Source: Patescibacteria group bacterium (GTDB lineage: Bacteria; Patescibacteriota; Microgenomatia; UBA1400; UBA12028). From it: a stretch of DNA of 52,441 bases. Below are positions 16,933 through 25,241 of this stretch, one piece after another. The DNA lies in the NCBI GenBank assembly GCA_035479015.1, contig DATIJC010000011.1:1-52441 (forward strand), written 5' to 3'. The notes beneath the pieces are model-generated. The model was not told where the DNA came from and did no database searches. It saw only the letters and a program-made list of their open reading frames with translations. How positions within the stretch are numbered: position 1 is the stretch's first letter; every line of letters begins with the position of its first letter. The position numbers were made by a program, and so were the translations under genes.

Positions 16933-17613
16933 ATGGTCATCCTGGATACCCTCCTAGACATACTCTTTCCACGCTTCTGTATCGGCTGTGGACGATTCAA
17001 TACGTACTTGTGCAAAGATTGTGCCAAAAAGATCGATTTTTACGAGTCGGCCCTGTGCCCAGTCTGCACCAAGGCAATTTTGCCAATCGGGATCCATGTG
17101 GGGTGTAAACCCCATGGGTATTTAGACGGTCTCTGGAGCGTTGCGCATTTTGATGGAAGCATTAAAAAACTGATCGTCCAGATTAAGTACTCTGGACGTT
17201 TTGCCTACATCGACACACTTATTCCCCTTTTATACCGTTTCTGTCCGAAAAGCTTCAGAGAAGCAGACCTGGTGACTTGCGTACCAATGAATCCTACGAA
17301 ATTGCGGGAGCGTGGCTATAACCAAAGTGAGCTCTTGGCTAAGAATTTTGCGGCCAAACTTGGCAAACCTTTCACTCCAGACCTGCTCAAAAAGACTAAA
17401 AAGACTCTGACGCAGGCACATTTGAAGCGTAGTGAGCGTCTAGGCAATCTCGAGGGAGCATTTACCTGTACGGTCAAAATCCGCTCCAAATTCACTATTT
17501 TGCTTATCGATGATGTAGTGACCACCGGAAGTACACTGCAAGAGTGCGCCAAGGTGCTTAAAAAGGCCGGCGCGGGCAAGGTTAATGCGCTGACCCTAGC
17601 CCACGGGAAGTAG
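16933..17613 (+). CDS. comFC: ComF-family phosphoribosyltransferase-domain protein
   Basis: 226 aa. N-terminal Cys pairs (CIGC, CKDC, CPVC) and the PRTase motif LLIDDVVTTGST. Confidence 0.85.
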   Translation: MVILDTLLDILFPRFCIGCGRFNTYLCKDCAKKIDFYESALCPVCTKAILPIGIHVGCKPHGYLDGLWSVAHFDGSIKKLIVQIKYSGRFAYIDTLIPLLYRFCPKSFREADLVTCVPMNPTKLRERGYNQSELLAKNFAAKLGKPFTPDLLKKTKKTLTQAHLKRSERLGNLEGAFTCTVKIRSKFTILLIDDVVTTGSTLQECAKVLKKAGAGKVNALTLAHGK

Positions 17614-17617
17614 ATTT

Positions 17618-18019
17618 TGGTGGAGATGCCCGGATTGAACCGGGGTCCATATAGTACCAATAACATCATCTACACACATGTTCCATTGTTGATAATCCTA
17701 GACCGAACAGTGGACAAGCAGTTTCCAGGATTCACCTATCAAAAGGCTTATGTTTCACGGATAGATAACGCGAAACTGTCACACTAACTGTGTTTCCACC
17801 CATACCCGTACGCTAGTGAAATACGAGATATAAATGCCACTTTATGCCGTGAAGGCAAATTGTGGAGCAGCGAAAGAAGCGACAAAAGAGTCGAATCTCT
17901 CAGCTACTGTTCTGACAAAAGATTTGGCAGATATTGTTTTTGGTCCTTTTTAACGTCTTCCTTGACTAAAGACGGTGTGCAGATGTTAAAGAGCAATACA
18001 TGTCGAGGCGTACATCCCC
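17618..18019 (-). ncRNA. ssrA: tmRNA (SsrA)
   Basis: The 5' end GGGGATGTACGCCTCGAC pairs with the 3' end CATCTCCACCA, including the G3-U pair and an encoded CCA. T-arm-like CCCGG-TTCAAT-CCGGG. Candidate tag ORF at 17842-17928. Lies directly downstream of smpB. Confidence 0.85.
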
Positions 18020-18024
18020 AAGAC

Positions 18025-18462
18025 CTATAGTATACCACGCTCAGACTCCCTCTGGAGGTCCTTTTTCTTGAGCTCCTCTCTATGCTCGTACTGCTTTTTC
18101 CCCTTGCCGATGCCAATCAGCACCTTGATGTAGTTACCTCCGGTACCAACCATAAGTGGGATGGCAGACAAACCCTTTACCTTCAGAAACTCTTCGATTT
18201 GGTGAATCTGCCGCTTCTTGAGCAGTAACTTGCGTGACCTCGTGGGGTCTGGCGCATCTTGAGTCACAGCTAAGTAGGGATCAATGCGGGCGTTCACCAA
18301 AAAAGCCTCACCGTTGGATACACGCACAAATGCGTCTTTGATGTTGGCACACTTCTCCCGTAGGGACTTCACTTCGCCGCCGGTAAGCACCAAACCTGCC
18401 TCCATCTCTTCCAAGATCGAGTAATCGTGGCGCGCATGGCGGTTAACGACTAGAGGCATCAT
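18025..18462 (-). CDS. smpB: SsrA-binding protein
   Basis: 145 aa with typical SmpB length, a basic C-terminal tail (GKGKKQYEHREELKKKD) and adjacency to ssrA. Confidence 0.92.
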   Translation of the reverse strand: MMPLVVNRHARHDYSILEEMEAGLVLTGGEVKSLREKCANIKDAFVRVSNGEAFLVNARIDPYLAVTQDAPDPTRSRKLLLKKRQIHQIEEFLKVKGLSAIPLMVGTGGNYIKVLIGIGKGKKQYEHREELKKKDLQRESERGIL

Positions 18463-20174
18463 AAGGGAACCGAGTATACCAGACTGCCAGAGAGCACGTA
18501 GGCGGTATGGCTGCTCTCATCTACAGTCAGCGAAGTAGCCGTCGCTAAATCATCACTGGAAACACTTCCAGCAAACGTGCCATCTTTGCCCAAGGTGACT
18601 ATCCGCTTAGCTCTTGGCTCTAAAACATAGAGATTGCTCGTACTCTGCGTCGTGTACACATAGACTGCAGATGAAAAGGCCGTAGGAAGATCTACGGGTG
18701 AAAAAGGAGCAGGACTTCCGCGCGTAAACCGCAATAGAGAACCGGTATCGGTACCTATCCAGACGTCACCGTCGACGACAAAACTGACAACTTTACTAAA
18801 ATCCAAACCCTCTTTCGAGTGAAACCAGCTGGTGGGTTTTTGATCTAGCGCTGATCCGTCATATTTAAAAATGTCGTGCGCATCCTTATCAAAAACGTAG
18901 AGATTACCTCCAAACACGCCTAAAAACGAAGGTGATACCCAATCAGTAGTCTTTACAGCCGCCAATTTTCCCACTACATCCAGGGGAAGCGAAAGCTGCA
19001 TGACACCTTCTTGCCCGAGAACGTAGGCTTTCCTGTCTTCAATAGCAATTGCGTCCGGCTTGGTCAGCGTAGCATCCACATCCAATACGGTGGTCTGCTT
19101 CTTTTCAACCGACAACGCTAAGATTCTTGCTTTCGATTCATCCAGCACCACCAATGCTTTCCCCGGTGCATCAAAATCTATACTATTTGCCAAGAAATCT
19201 TGAGCTACCAAACGGAAATCATAAAAGATATTCAGTTTCCCCTGTGGCTTATCACCACTCCTCGTGCGGATTTGTTCACTCACTTGCTTTTCAAGCAGGG
19301 TCAATTCCTTTTTCAAACTCGCATCTGTTGATTTCGACTGCTCCAAAACAGCGATGTCCTGCTCAATCGAATTGAGCGCTTCAAGTGTCTGCGTCCGGGA
19401 CCCGAGGGTTTGAGCTTGCTGCAGCCGGATTTGCAACGGACCCAATACTTTGGCATTAGCCGCTTTCCTTGAGCGGTCCGAGAAGAAACTAAACAATACC
19501 AGCAGAATAAGAAGCCCCAGCACCGCTACTATAATTGCCATCGCCTTTTTACTTTTTTGCGTCGACAGTTTGGGAAGCTTGACGGGTGATATAAAGGCTG
19601 CCCGCGGTTTCTCTATTTTTTTCTCTACTACTGGTAGTTCATTTTTCCGGTCAGAGATAATGAGAGCTGCGCTGTCCCCTGCCTGAGATGGCAAGGTGGT
19701 AGCAAGTTCATCAGCCAACTCCTGTGCAGGCAAATACGACTTCATTGGGGTATGCAGATTCTCGAAAAATTTCTTTGTCCCCACAATAAATAGGTCACCC
19801 TCACTCATTTTGCCCTGAAAGGAAACGAATTTGTGTGGATCGGATACGATAAACTCTTCCTTCTCACCTCTTGAAAGCCAAATTGCCATTGTAGGCGACC
19901 CGAAAAGCGCTAATTCTCCATTACTACTATAGATTGCGGCAAGCGAGACGGTATCAGTCGCCAAATTTTGAAAAAAGGAAGCAAGGGAACTGAAATCAAT
20001 GCTTCCCGTGTATGCGCTGATACTTTCGACAACTGCTTTTCCGCGCAAAGATGCCTCTTCCCCTCTTGATGAAATGACCACAAATACGTGACCACCCCCC
20101 AATTCTCTCGTCAGGGTAGTCGACCAAAGGCCCTCTGTGGGCACACCCACTACTTGCGCATGCGACACCTGCAT
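18459..20174 (-). CDS. hypothetical single-pass membrane protein (cytoplasmic N-domain, repeat-rich beta C-domain)
   Basis: 571 aa. Central TM helix AMAIIVAVLGLLILLVLFSFF. The C-terminal roughly 340 aa has a repetitive beta-strand pattern (propeller-like). Overlaps smpB by 4 nt. Confidence 0.6.
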   Translation of the reverse strand: MQVSHAQVVGVPTEGLWSTTLTRELGGGHVFVVISSRGEEASLRGKAVVESISAYTGSIDFSSLASFFQNLATDTVSLAAIYSSNGELALFGSPTMAIWLSRGEKEEFIVSDPHKFVSFQGKMSEGDLFIVGTKKFFENLHTPMKSYLPAQELADELATTLPSQAGDSAALIISDRKNELPVVEKKIEKPRAAFISPVKLPKLSTQKSKKAMAIIVAVLGLLILLVLFSFFSDRSRKAANAKVLGPLQIRLQQAQTLGSRTQTLEALNSIEQDIAVLEQSKSTDASLKKELTLLEKQVSEQIRTRSGDKPQGKLNIFYDFRLVAQDFLANSIDFDAPGKALVVLDESKARILALSVEKKQTTVLDVDATLTKPDAIAIEDRKAYVLGQEGVMQLSLPLDVVGKLAAVKTTDWVSPSFLGVFGGNLYVFDKDAHDIFKYDGSALDQKPTSWFHSKEGLDFSKVVSFVVDGDVWIGTDTGSLLRFTRGSPAPFSPVDLPTAFSSAVYVYTTQSTSNLYVLEPRAKRIVTLGKDGTFAGSVSSDDLATATSLTVDESSHTAYVLSGSLVYSVPL

Positions 20175-20194
20175 GACTCAATCATAGCAAATTC

Positions 20195-20455
20195 TTAAGG
20201 GAGTATGAGGAAGACAAAAAACCAGACCAAAACTGCAAACACCAAATGCGCCAAACCTAAAACCGTCATAAACAACTCAAGACCTGTTTTCAAAGTCCGG
20301 GTCATAAGCGATATCTGGCGCACCATCACCAGAGCGAACACTACATATACACCAAAGCCAACGAGTGCAAGAATTTTTAAAAGCCACAACAAAAACGTGG
20401 ATGAAAAAATAAATGCTGAGTTGGGATCGAAAACAAATTGAAACGCGGAGTTCAT
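20195..20455 (-). CDS. small membrane protein (2-3 TM)
   Basis: 86-aa hydrophobic ORF, overlapped by 4 nt by the upstream gene. Confidence 0.5.
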   Translation of the reverse strand: MNSAFQFVFDPNSAFIFSSTFLLWLLKILALVGFGVYVVFALVMVRQISLMTRTLKTGLELFMTVLGLAHLVFAVLVWFFVFLILP

Positions 20456-21120
20456 CGTACCCTCCCATCAAGTTTCTCTTGTTCTTCTTGATCCATCATT
20501 TCACTTAAAAATTTGGACACGAGATCTGGGTGTGGCACCTTCTCAAAATCTAATTGTGGAATCTCAGCGGCGGTTTGGATACGCACATCACCATAGTCAA
20601 AAAGTGATTGCGCCAGATTTGTGTTGGTAAACGTAATATCCTGGATATGTTCAATTTTTGCTTCACTAATATGTTTGAAAATCAGTGAAAAGAAATCGAT
20701 GTCGATGATACGTTCATCCGTGATCAAGTACACATTATAAAACCAGAGCACGAAATTCTGAATTGCGTACCCAAATACAAAGAGGTACCAGCCCAAAACA
20801 CTAACAAAACGGAAGTTGGCCGGCAGAAAAGATATGAATGAAAATACTGGTAACACGATTGGCAGCAGCACCAGGAAAATCGTGATGACAATCCAGGGAA
20901 CGTTTACGATCGGATGTTGCCGGAGGAGCATGAGCACCGGTTCATCCGCATGCTGAATATCAAACTCAACACTCTCCGGCATGGCACAAAATGCAGAGAG
21001 TCTGCTTCCACCCCTCTCCTGGGCATTTTGCAGCGCCTCACTGGCTGCAACAGATTTCTTCAGGTTTTGCACCCGTGAACGTTTGGGCTCTTTATCTTCT
21101 GCGTTGAAAACATCTGGCAT
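20452..21120 (-). CDS. hypothetical membrane protein
   Basis: 222 aa. A pair of TM helices is followed by a soluble domain (YGDVRIQTAAE...). Possibly bacterial-PH-like; this is a guess. Confidence 0.55.
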   Translation of the reverse strand: MPDVFNAEDKEPKRSRVQNLKKSVAASEALQNAQERGGSRLSAFCAMPESVEFDIQHADEPVLMLLRQHPIVNVPWIVITIFLVLLPIVLPVFSFISFLPANFRFVSVLGWYLFVFGYAIQNFVLWFYNVYLITDERIIDIDFFSLIFKHISEAKIEHIQDITFTNTNLAQSLFDYGDVRIQTAAEIPQLDFEKVPHPDLVSKFLSEMMDQEEQEKLDGRVR

Positions 21121-21127
21121 AATTTCC

Positions 21128-21505
21128 TCAAGTATAACAAAGAACTGCTTCTTCTACCAGCCGCCACCCCATACGTACACATTTTTCTCTAGCTGGTAGT
21201 ACATTTGGCAGTCCTACTTCCTTTGCCAAATCAGCAAAGTTTGTACCTCGCAACTCGCTAGCTGTTTTACCCAGCAGCCACTGCGAAATCATACTCATAC
21301 TTGCGCTGCTCACCGCGCAACCCTCACCCGTCCAGGTGACCGAGGTTACTTTACCATCGCTAACAATAATTTGTGCACAAAAAGTATCACCGCATCCCGG
21401 ATTAGCAAAAGTTTTTCCTTTCCCAGATAAAACACGTGTTTTATTCTTTGGATGTTTATAGTGCTCAAGAATTTGCTCTTGGTATAGTTCGTCTATATCG
21501 CTCAT
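21128..21505 (-). CDS. sufU: SufU/IscU-type Fe-S cluster scaffold/sulfur acceptor
   Basis: 125 aa with conserved Cys motifs NPGCGD, GEGCAVS and REKC. Confidence 0.88.
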   Translation of the reverse strand: MSDIDELYQEQILEHYKHPKNKTRVLSGKGKTFANPGCGDTFCAQIIVSDGKVTSVTWTGEGCAVSSASMSMISQWLLGKTASELRGTNFADLAKEVGLPNVLPAREKCVRMGWRLVEEAVLCYT

Positions 21506-22809
21506 AGAAATACCTGTTTTACCTTTGCTAAAGCTTTCACCAGCGCATCAATATCCTCTTTTGTCGTATACACATTAAAACTTGCCCTGGTACTGGCGGC
21601 CAAACCCATTTCTACGTGCAACGGCATGGTGCAGTGGTGACCCGAACGCACCGCAATGCCTTCGCTGTCCAAGATTTGGGCTACATCATGGGCATGGACT
21701 CCCTCATAAACAAAAGCCACAGAACCACACCGATTCAGTTCGTAGTCCGCAGTTCGCAGTACGTAGTTTTTTTCCGTATGTCCCTGCGCACTATTACCTG
21801 TGTACTGCGTACTGTTTATCGGTCCGATGATTTTTATCTCAGGAATTTTAGAAAGTTCTTCGAGCGCATATTTGACGAGCATCTGGTCATGTTCAAAAAC
21901 TTTCTTCATTCCAAGTTTGGTTAGATAATCACAAGCGGCTGCCCACCCGACTGCTCCTGCTACATCAGGAGTCCCTGCGGTAAATCTGTCCTCCAGGTCT
22001 TCGGACCAAGTCGCCGACTGTTTCGTCACTTCGCCAATCATTCCCCCACCAAACAGTATTGGCTTCATCGTCTGTAACAGTTCTTTTTTGATAAATAAAC
22101 CACCAATTCCCATGGGACCCAGCATCTTGTGCGCTGACACAGCCATGAAATCCACGCCAAGCAAATGGAAATCGATCGGCATGTGAGGAGCAGACTGAGC
22201 AGCATCCAAGACGGTAACTAGCGACTGGTGACTAGATACTAGAGACAGAATCTTTTCGATTGGGTTTATCGTTCCCAACGTATTAGAAACATGAGTCAAC
22301 GCGAGAATTCTGATTCTTGATTCATGATTCATGAATCTTGCTTCCAGCCAGTTTAAGTCCAGCGTCCCATCTTCCAAAACCGGGATCAGTTCTAATTTAG
22401 CTTTCTTGCGTCGTGCCAACTCTTGCCAAGGGACCAAATTGCTGTGGTGCTCTATCTCAGTCGCCAGGATTACATCTCCCTCATGTATTTTGTCTTCCAG
22501 CGAATAGGCAATCAAATTCAGTGCCTCGGTCGTGTTACGGACCATGATCAGTTCCTGCGAATCTGCGCCAAAAAATTTGCTTATCGCTGTACGGGAGTCA
22601 TGCCAAGCACGTGTCGACCGGTCACCCAAGAAATGGATACCGCGGTGTACGTTGGCATTGCTCGTTTTGTAGTAGTTGGAGATCGCATCTATAACTACCT
22701 CGGGTTTTTGGCTCGTGGCCGCGCTATCCAGGTAGACCAAAGGTTTCCCGCTCGGGTGAGGAATTGCCAGGATTGGAAAGTCCTTCTTGATTTGTTTCGG
22801 GTCAAACAT
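21502..22809 (-). CDS. sufS: cysteine desulfurase (SufS type)
   Basis: 435 aa. PLP-lysine motif SAHKMLGP and active-site loop RSGHHCTMP. Carries an extra segment of about 27 aa after IIGP. Confidence 0.93.
   Translation of the reverse strand: MFDPKQIKKDFPILAIPHPSGKPLVYLDSAATSQKPEVVIDAISNYYKTSNANVHRGIHFLGDRSTRAWHDSRTAISKFFGADSQELIMVRNTTEALNLIAYSLEDKIHEGDVILATEIEHHSNLVPWQELARRKKAKLELIPVLEDGTLDLNWLEARFMNHESRIRILALTHVSNTLGTINPIEKILSLVSSHQSLVTVLDAAQSAPHMPIDFHLLGVDFMAVSAHKMLGPMGIGGLFIKKELLQTMKPILFGGGMIGEVTKQSATWSEDLEDRFTAGTPDVAGAVGWAAACDYLTKLGMKKVFEHDQMLVKYALEELSKIPEIKIIGPINSTQYTGNSAQGHTEKNYVLRTADYELNRCGSVAFVYEGVHAHDVAQILDSEGIAVRSGHHCTMPLHVEMGLAASTRASFNVYTTKEDIDALVKALAKVKQVFL
21733..21818. repeat. 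two inverted heptanucleotide tracts forming a palindromic in-frame insertion in sufS
   Basis: Tract 21733-21767 is ATTCAGT TCGTAGT CCGCAGT TCGCAGT ACGTAGT. Tract 21784-21818 is CTGCGCA CTATTAC CTGTGTA CTGCGTA CTGTTTA. 13-nt arms at 21750-21762 and 21802-21814 are complementary at 12 of 13 positions. Confidence 0.8.
22306..22340. repeat. heptanucleotide tandem tract (5 units) inside sufS
   Basis: AATTCTG ATTCTTG ATTCATG ATTCATG AATCTTG. Contains the 12-nt palindrome GATTCATGAATC. Encodes ..ARFMNHESRIRIL.. Confidence 0.8.
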
Positions 22810-23353
22810 ATGACCTATATTGTATCAAGAAACACGAAGTCTTGCGGCAGCGACTACTCTGCGCACCTGAAGGTCAAATCTTGCCAGGACTCTAGAATCC
22901 TTAAAGAGCTCAGGATTATTATCTACATACCCCTTCGAACAGAATACATTTCCCTCAAATATTACGCTCAGCATTGCTCCACAAATAGTACGCCAGCCTG
23001 GTTCGCTGCTCATCATGCCGTGCAGAAGCTTGCCAATTTCGCACCCGTATTCTGTAGTTGAATGTAAGGGTTGCTCAATGTCTGGAAAATGTTTCCCTGC
23101 CATACAGCAGCAGTATACGCCATTGACCATCGTAGGAATTTGGAAGAAAGTAGGGTATGAATCCAATAGAAAAAATGCGCGCGTGGGAAAAAATGAGTCC
23201 AGGCATCATTGGTCTGGCAGCAGCCGTGAATCTGTCACACATGCTTGGTGATACAGCAGTCGTATACATTGACGATGGTAGATACGATGGTGTCACCTTC
23301 ACAAAAAAAGAGGTTATTGCCGCCCGCGAACTGCTGGAGCAAGAGAAAAGAAC

Positions 23354-23809
23354 TTAAAAATTTAAAAATCCCTCGACGACCATTGCCTCGGCCTTTTTGG
23401 GTGGAATTCCACGTGACTCAAGATAAAATAAATGCTCTTCAGGGATACGCGAGATGCTTGCGGCATGCGAACACTTCACATCATCGGTTTTAATCTCCAA
23501 TTCGGGAACCGCCTCAGCTTTGGCTTGATCAGATAAAAGTAAGATGCGTTCTTCTAAAAATGACTGTGTATCACCACAATTTTCTTCGATAACGATCCTG
23601 CCAAAAAAGCGGATCTTACTTCTATCCTGCGCCACCCCTTTAAGCATAGTCTTCGCCCGTGTATGTGGCGCACTGTGAACGATAGTCAAATTGATATTGA
23701 TGTCATCATCATTTTGACCGTGAAACATCCCAGTGATTTGTACCTCATCACCTGGCTTATCAATCTCAACTCTATATTCACCAGACTTAGTGATTTTAAT
23801 TTCCCGCAT
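23354..23809 (-). CDS. sufD: truncated SufD-like Fe-S assembly protein
   Basis: Has the SufB/SufD C-terminal signature (..KCSHAASISRIPEEHLFYLESRGI..). Only 151 aa from the ATG at 23809, which lies 1 nt after the sufB stop. The track start at 23842 would give 162 aa. Confidence 0.78.
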   Translation of the reverse strand: MREIKITKSGEYRVEIDKPGDEVQITGMFHGQNDDDININLTIVHSAPHTRAKTMLKGVAQDRSKIRFFGRIVIEENCGDTQSFLEERILLLSDQAKAEAVPELEIKTDDVKCSHAASISRIPEEHLFYLESRGIPPKKAEAMVVEGFLNF

Positions 23810-23810
23810 A

Positions 23811-25241
23811 TTAGCCAACCGAGCCTTCCATCTCATGATCAATAAGTCTATTCATTTCTACCGCATATTCCAGGGGAAGTTTGCGCACAAGATCATCGAT
23901 GAATCCGTTCACAATCATTTTACGAGCATTTTCTTCACTCACTCCCCTGCTCATCAAATAAAATAACTGTTCATCACCAATTTTACTTACAGTAGCCTCA
24001 TGCTGGATCTCCACTTGGTCATTTAAGATCCGGTCGTCTGGATAGGTATCCGAGCGCGATAACCCATCCAAAAGCATCGCGTCACATACCACCGTATTTT
24101 TACTGTGGTGCGCCTGTGGTCCCACTGTCACCATACCGCGGTAACTGGTCCGCCCACCATCTTTGGAAATTGATTTGGAAATGATCGTGGAACTTGTATA
24201 TGGGGCCAAATGCATGGCCTTACTACCGGTATCTTGGTGTTGCCCCGCTCCAGCGAGCGCCATAGAGAGCGTCTCTCCTTTTGCACCTTTGCCGACGAGC
24301 AAAAAGGATGGATACTTCATTGTGAGTTTTGAGCCCATGTTGAAGTCTGTCCACACCATCGTCGCCTCTTCCTCTACCCTCGCCCGCTTCGTCACTAAGT
24401 TATAGACATTTTTGTACCAATTCTGGATCGTGGTGTATTGGCAACGCGCTCCTTTTTTGACAAAGATTTCTACGACCGCACTATGCAGAGAGTTTGTCGA
24501 GAATGCGGGTGCAGTACATCCTTCTACGTAATGCACGCTTGCGCCTTCATCAACGATGATGAGGGTCCGCTCAAACTGGCCAGCATTCGGAGAATTGATG
24601 CGAAAGTATGCCTGCAGCGGCATTTTGACATTGACGCCCTTGGGCACGTAGACAAAGGAACCCCCGCTCCAGACTGCAGTATTTAGGGCTGCAAATTTGT
24701 TATCGCCACTTGGAATATTGCGGCCAAAATACTCTTTGATCAAATCAGGATATTGCTTGAGCCCTTCATCCATGGAGAGAAAGATCACTCCTTCTTTTGA
24801 CCAAATATTTTGCAGTGATCCATAGACAACTTCACTGTCATACTGGGCTTTGACACCTGCAAGCACATCTCGCTCTGCTTGCGGAATCCCAAGTTTATCA
24901 AACGTAGCTTTGACATCAGCCGGTACATCATTCCAAGAAGCCACAGCTGCATCCGTTGGTTTTAAGTAATAATGAATCTTGTCGTAATCAATTCCAGAAA
25001 GATCTCCACCCCACATTGGGGTCTTCATGCCTTCAAAAAGCTCAAGTGCTTTGAGCCGGATGTCCAACATCCAAGCGGGTTCATCTTTTATATGCGAAAG
25101 TTCTTCCACGACACGTTTAGAAAGTCCAGGTTTGGAAATGAAACTATATTTGTCCGTCGGGTATGAAAAACCCGCCGAGTAGTCATGGTCGACTACCGAC
25201 TCATCAAACTTATCTGTCTTTTTTTGTGCAAACCTGCTCAT
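23811..25241 (-). CDS. sufB: Fe-S cluster assembly protein SufB
   Basis: 476 aa. Typical SufB sequence throughout (..HYVEGCTAPAF.., ..EQLFYLMSRGV..). Confidence 0.95.
   Translation of the reverse strand: MSRFAQKKTDKFDESVVDHDYSAGFSYPTDKYSFISKPGLSKRVVEELSHIKDEPAWMLDIRLKALELFEGMKTPMWGGDLSGIDYDKIHYYLKPTDAAVASWNDVPADVKATFDKLGIPQAERDVLAGVKAQYDSEVVYGSLQNIWSKEGVIFLSMDEGLKQYPDLIKEYFGRNIPSGDNKFAALNTAVWSGGSFVYVPKGVNVKMPLQAYFRINSPNAGQFERTLIIVDEGASVHYVEGCTAPAFSTNSLHSAVVEIFVKKGARCQYTTIQNWYKNVYNLVTKRARVEEEATMVWTDFNMGSKLTMKYPSFLLVGKGAKGETLSMALAGAGQHQDTGSKAMHLAPYTSSTIISKSISKDGGRTSYRGMVTVGPQAHHSKNTVVCDAMLLDGLSRSDTYPDDRILNDQVEIQHEATVSKIGDEQLFYLMSRGVSEENARKMIVNGFIDDLVRKLPLEYAVEMNRLIDHEMEGSVG

Noticed and set aside
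17904-18116. 70-aa minus-strand ORF.
   Set aside because: It spans the 5' part of the tmRNA and the smpB 3' end. The tmRNA explains it.
22423-23061. 212-aa plus-strand ORF.
   Set aside because: It is almost entirely antisense to the well-supported sufS gene and has a Ser/Arg/Cys-rich, unprotein-like composition. It is a typical shadow ORF.
22825-23166. Possible Rieske, SufA or SufE-like accessory protein in the suf operon (113-aa Cys-rich ORF).
   Set aside because: It has none of the expected motifs: no CxH...CxxH (Rieske), no C-terminal CGC (IscA/SufA) and no SufE Cys-loop context. It also has a TTG start and no SD. It is kept only as part of the unexplained-gap finding.
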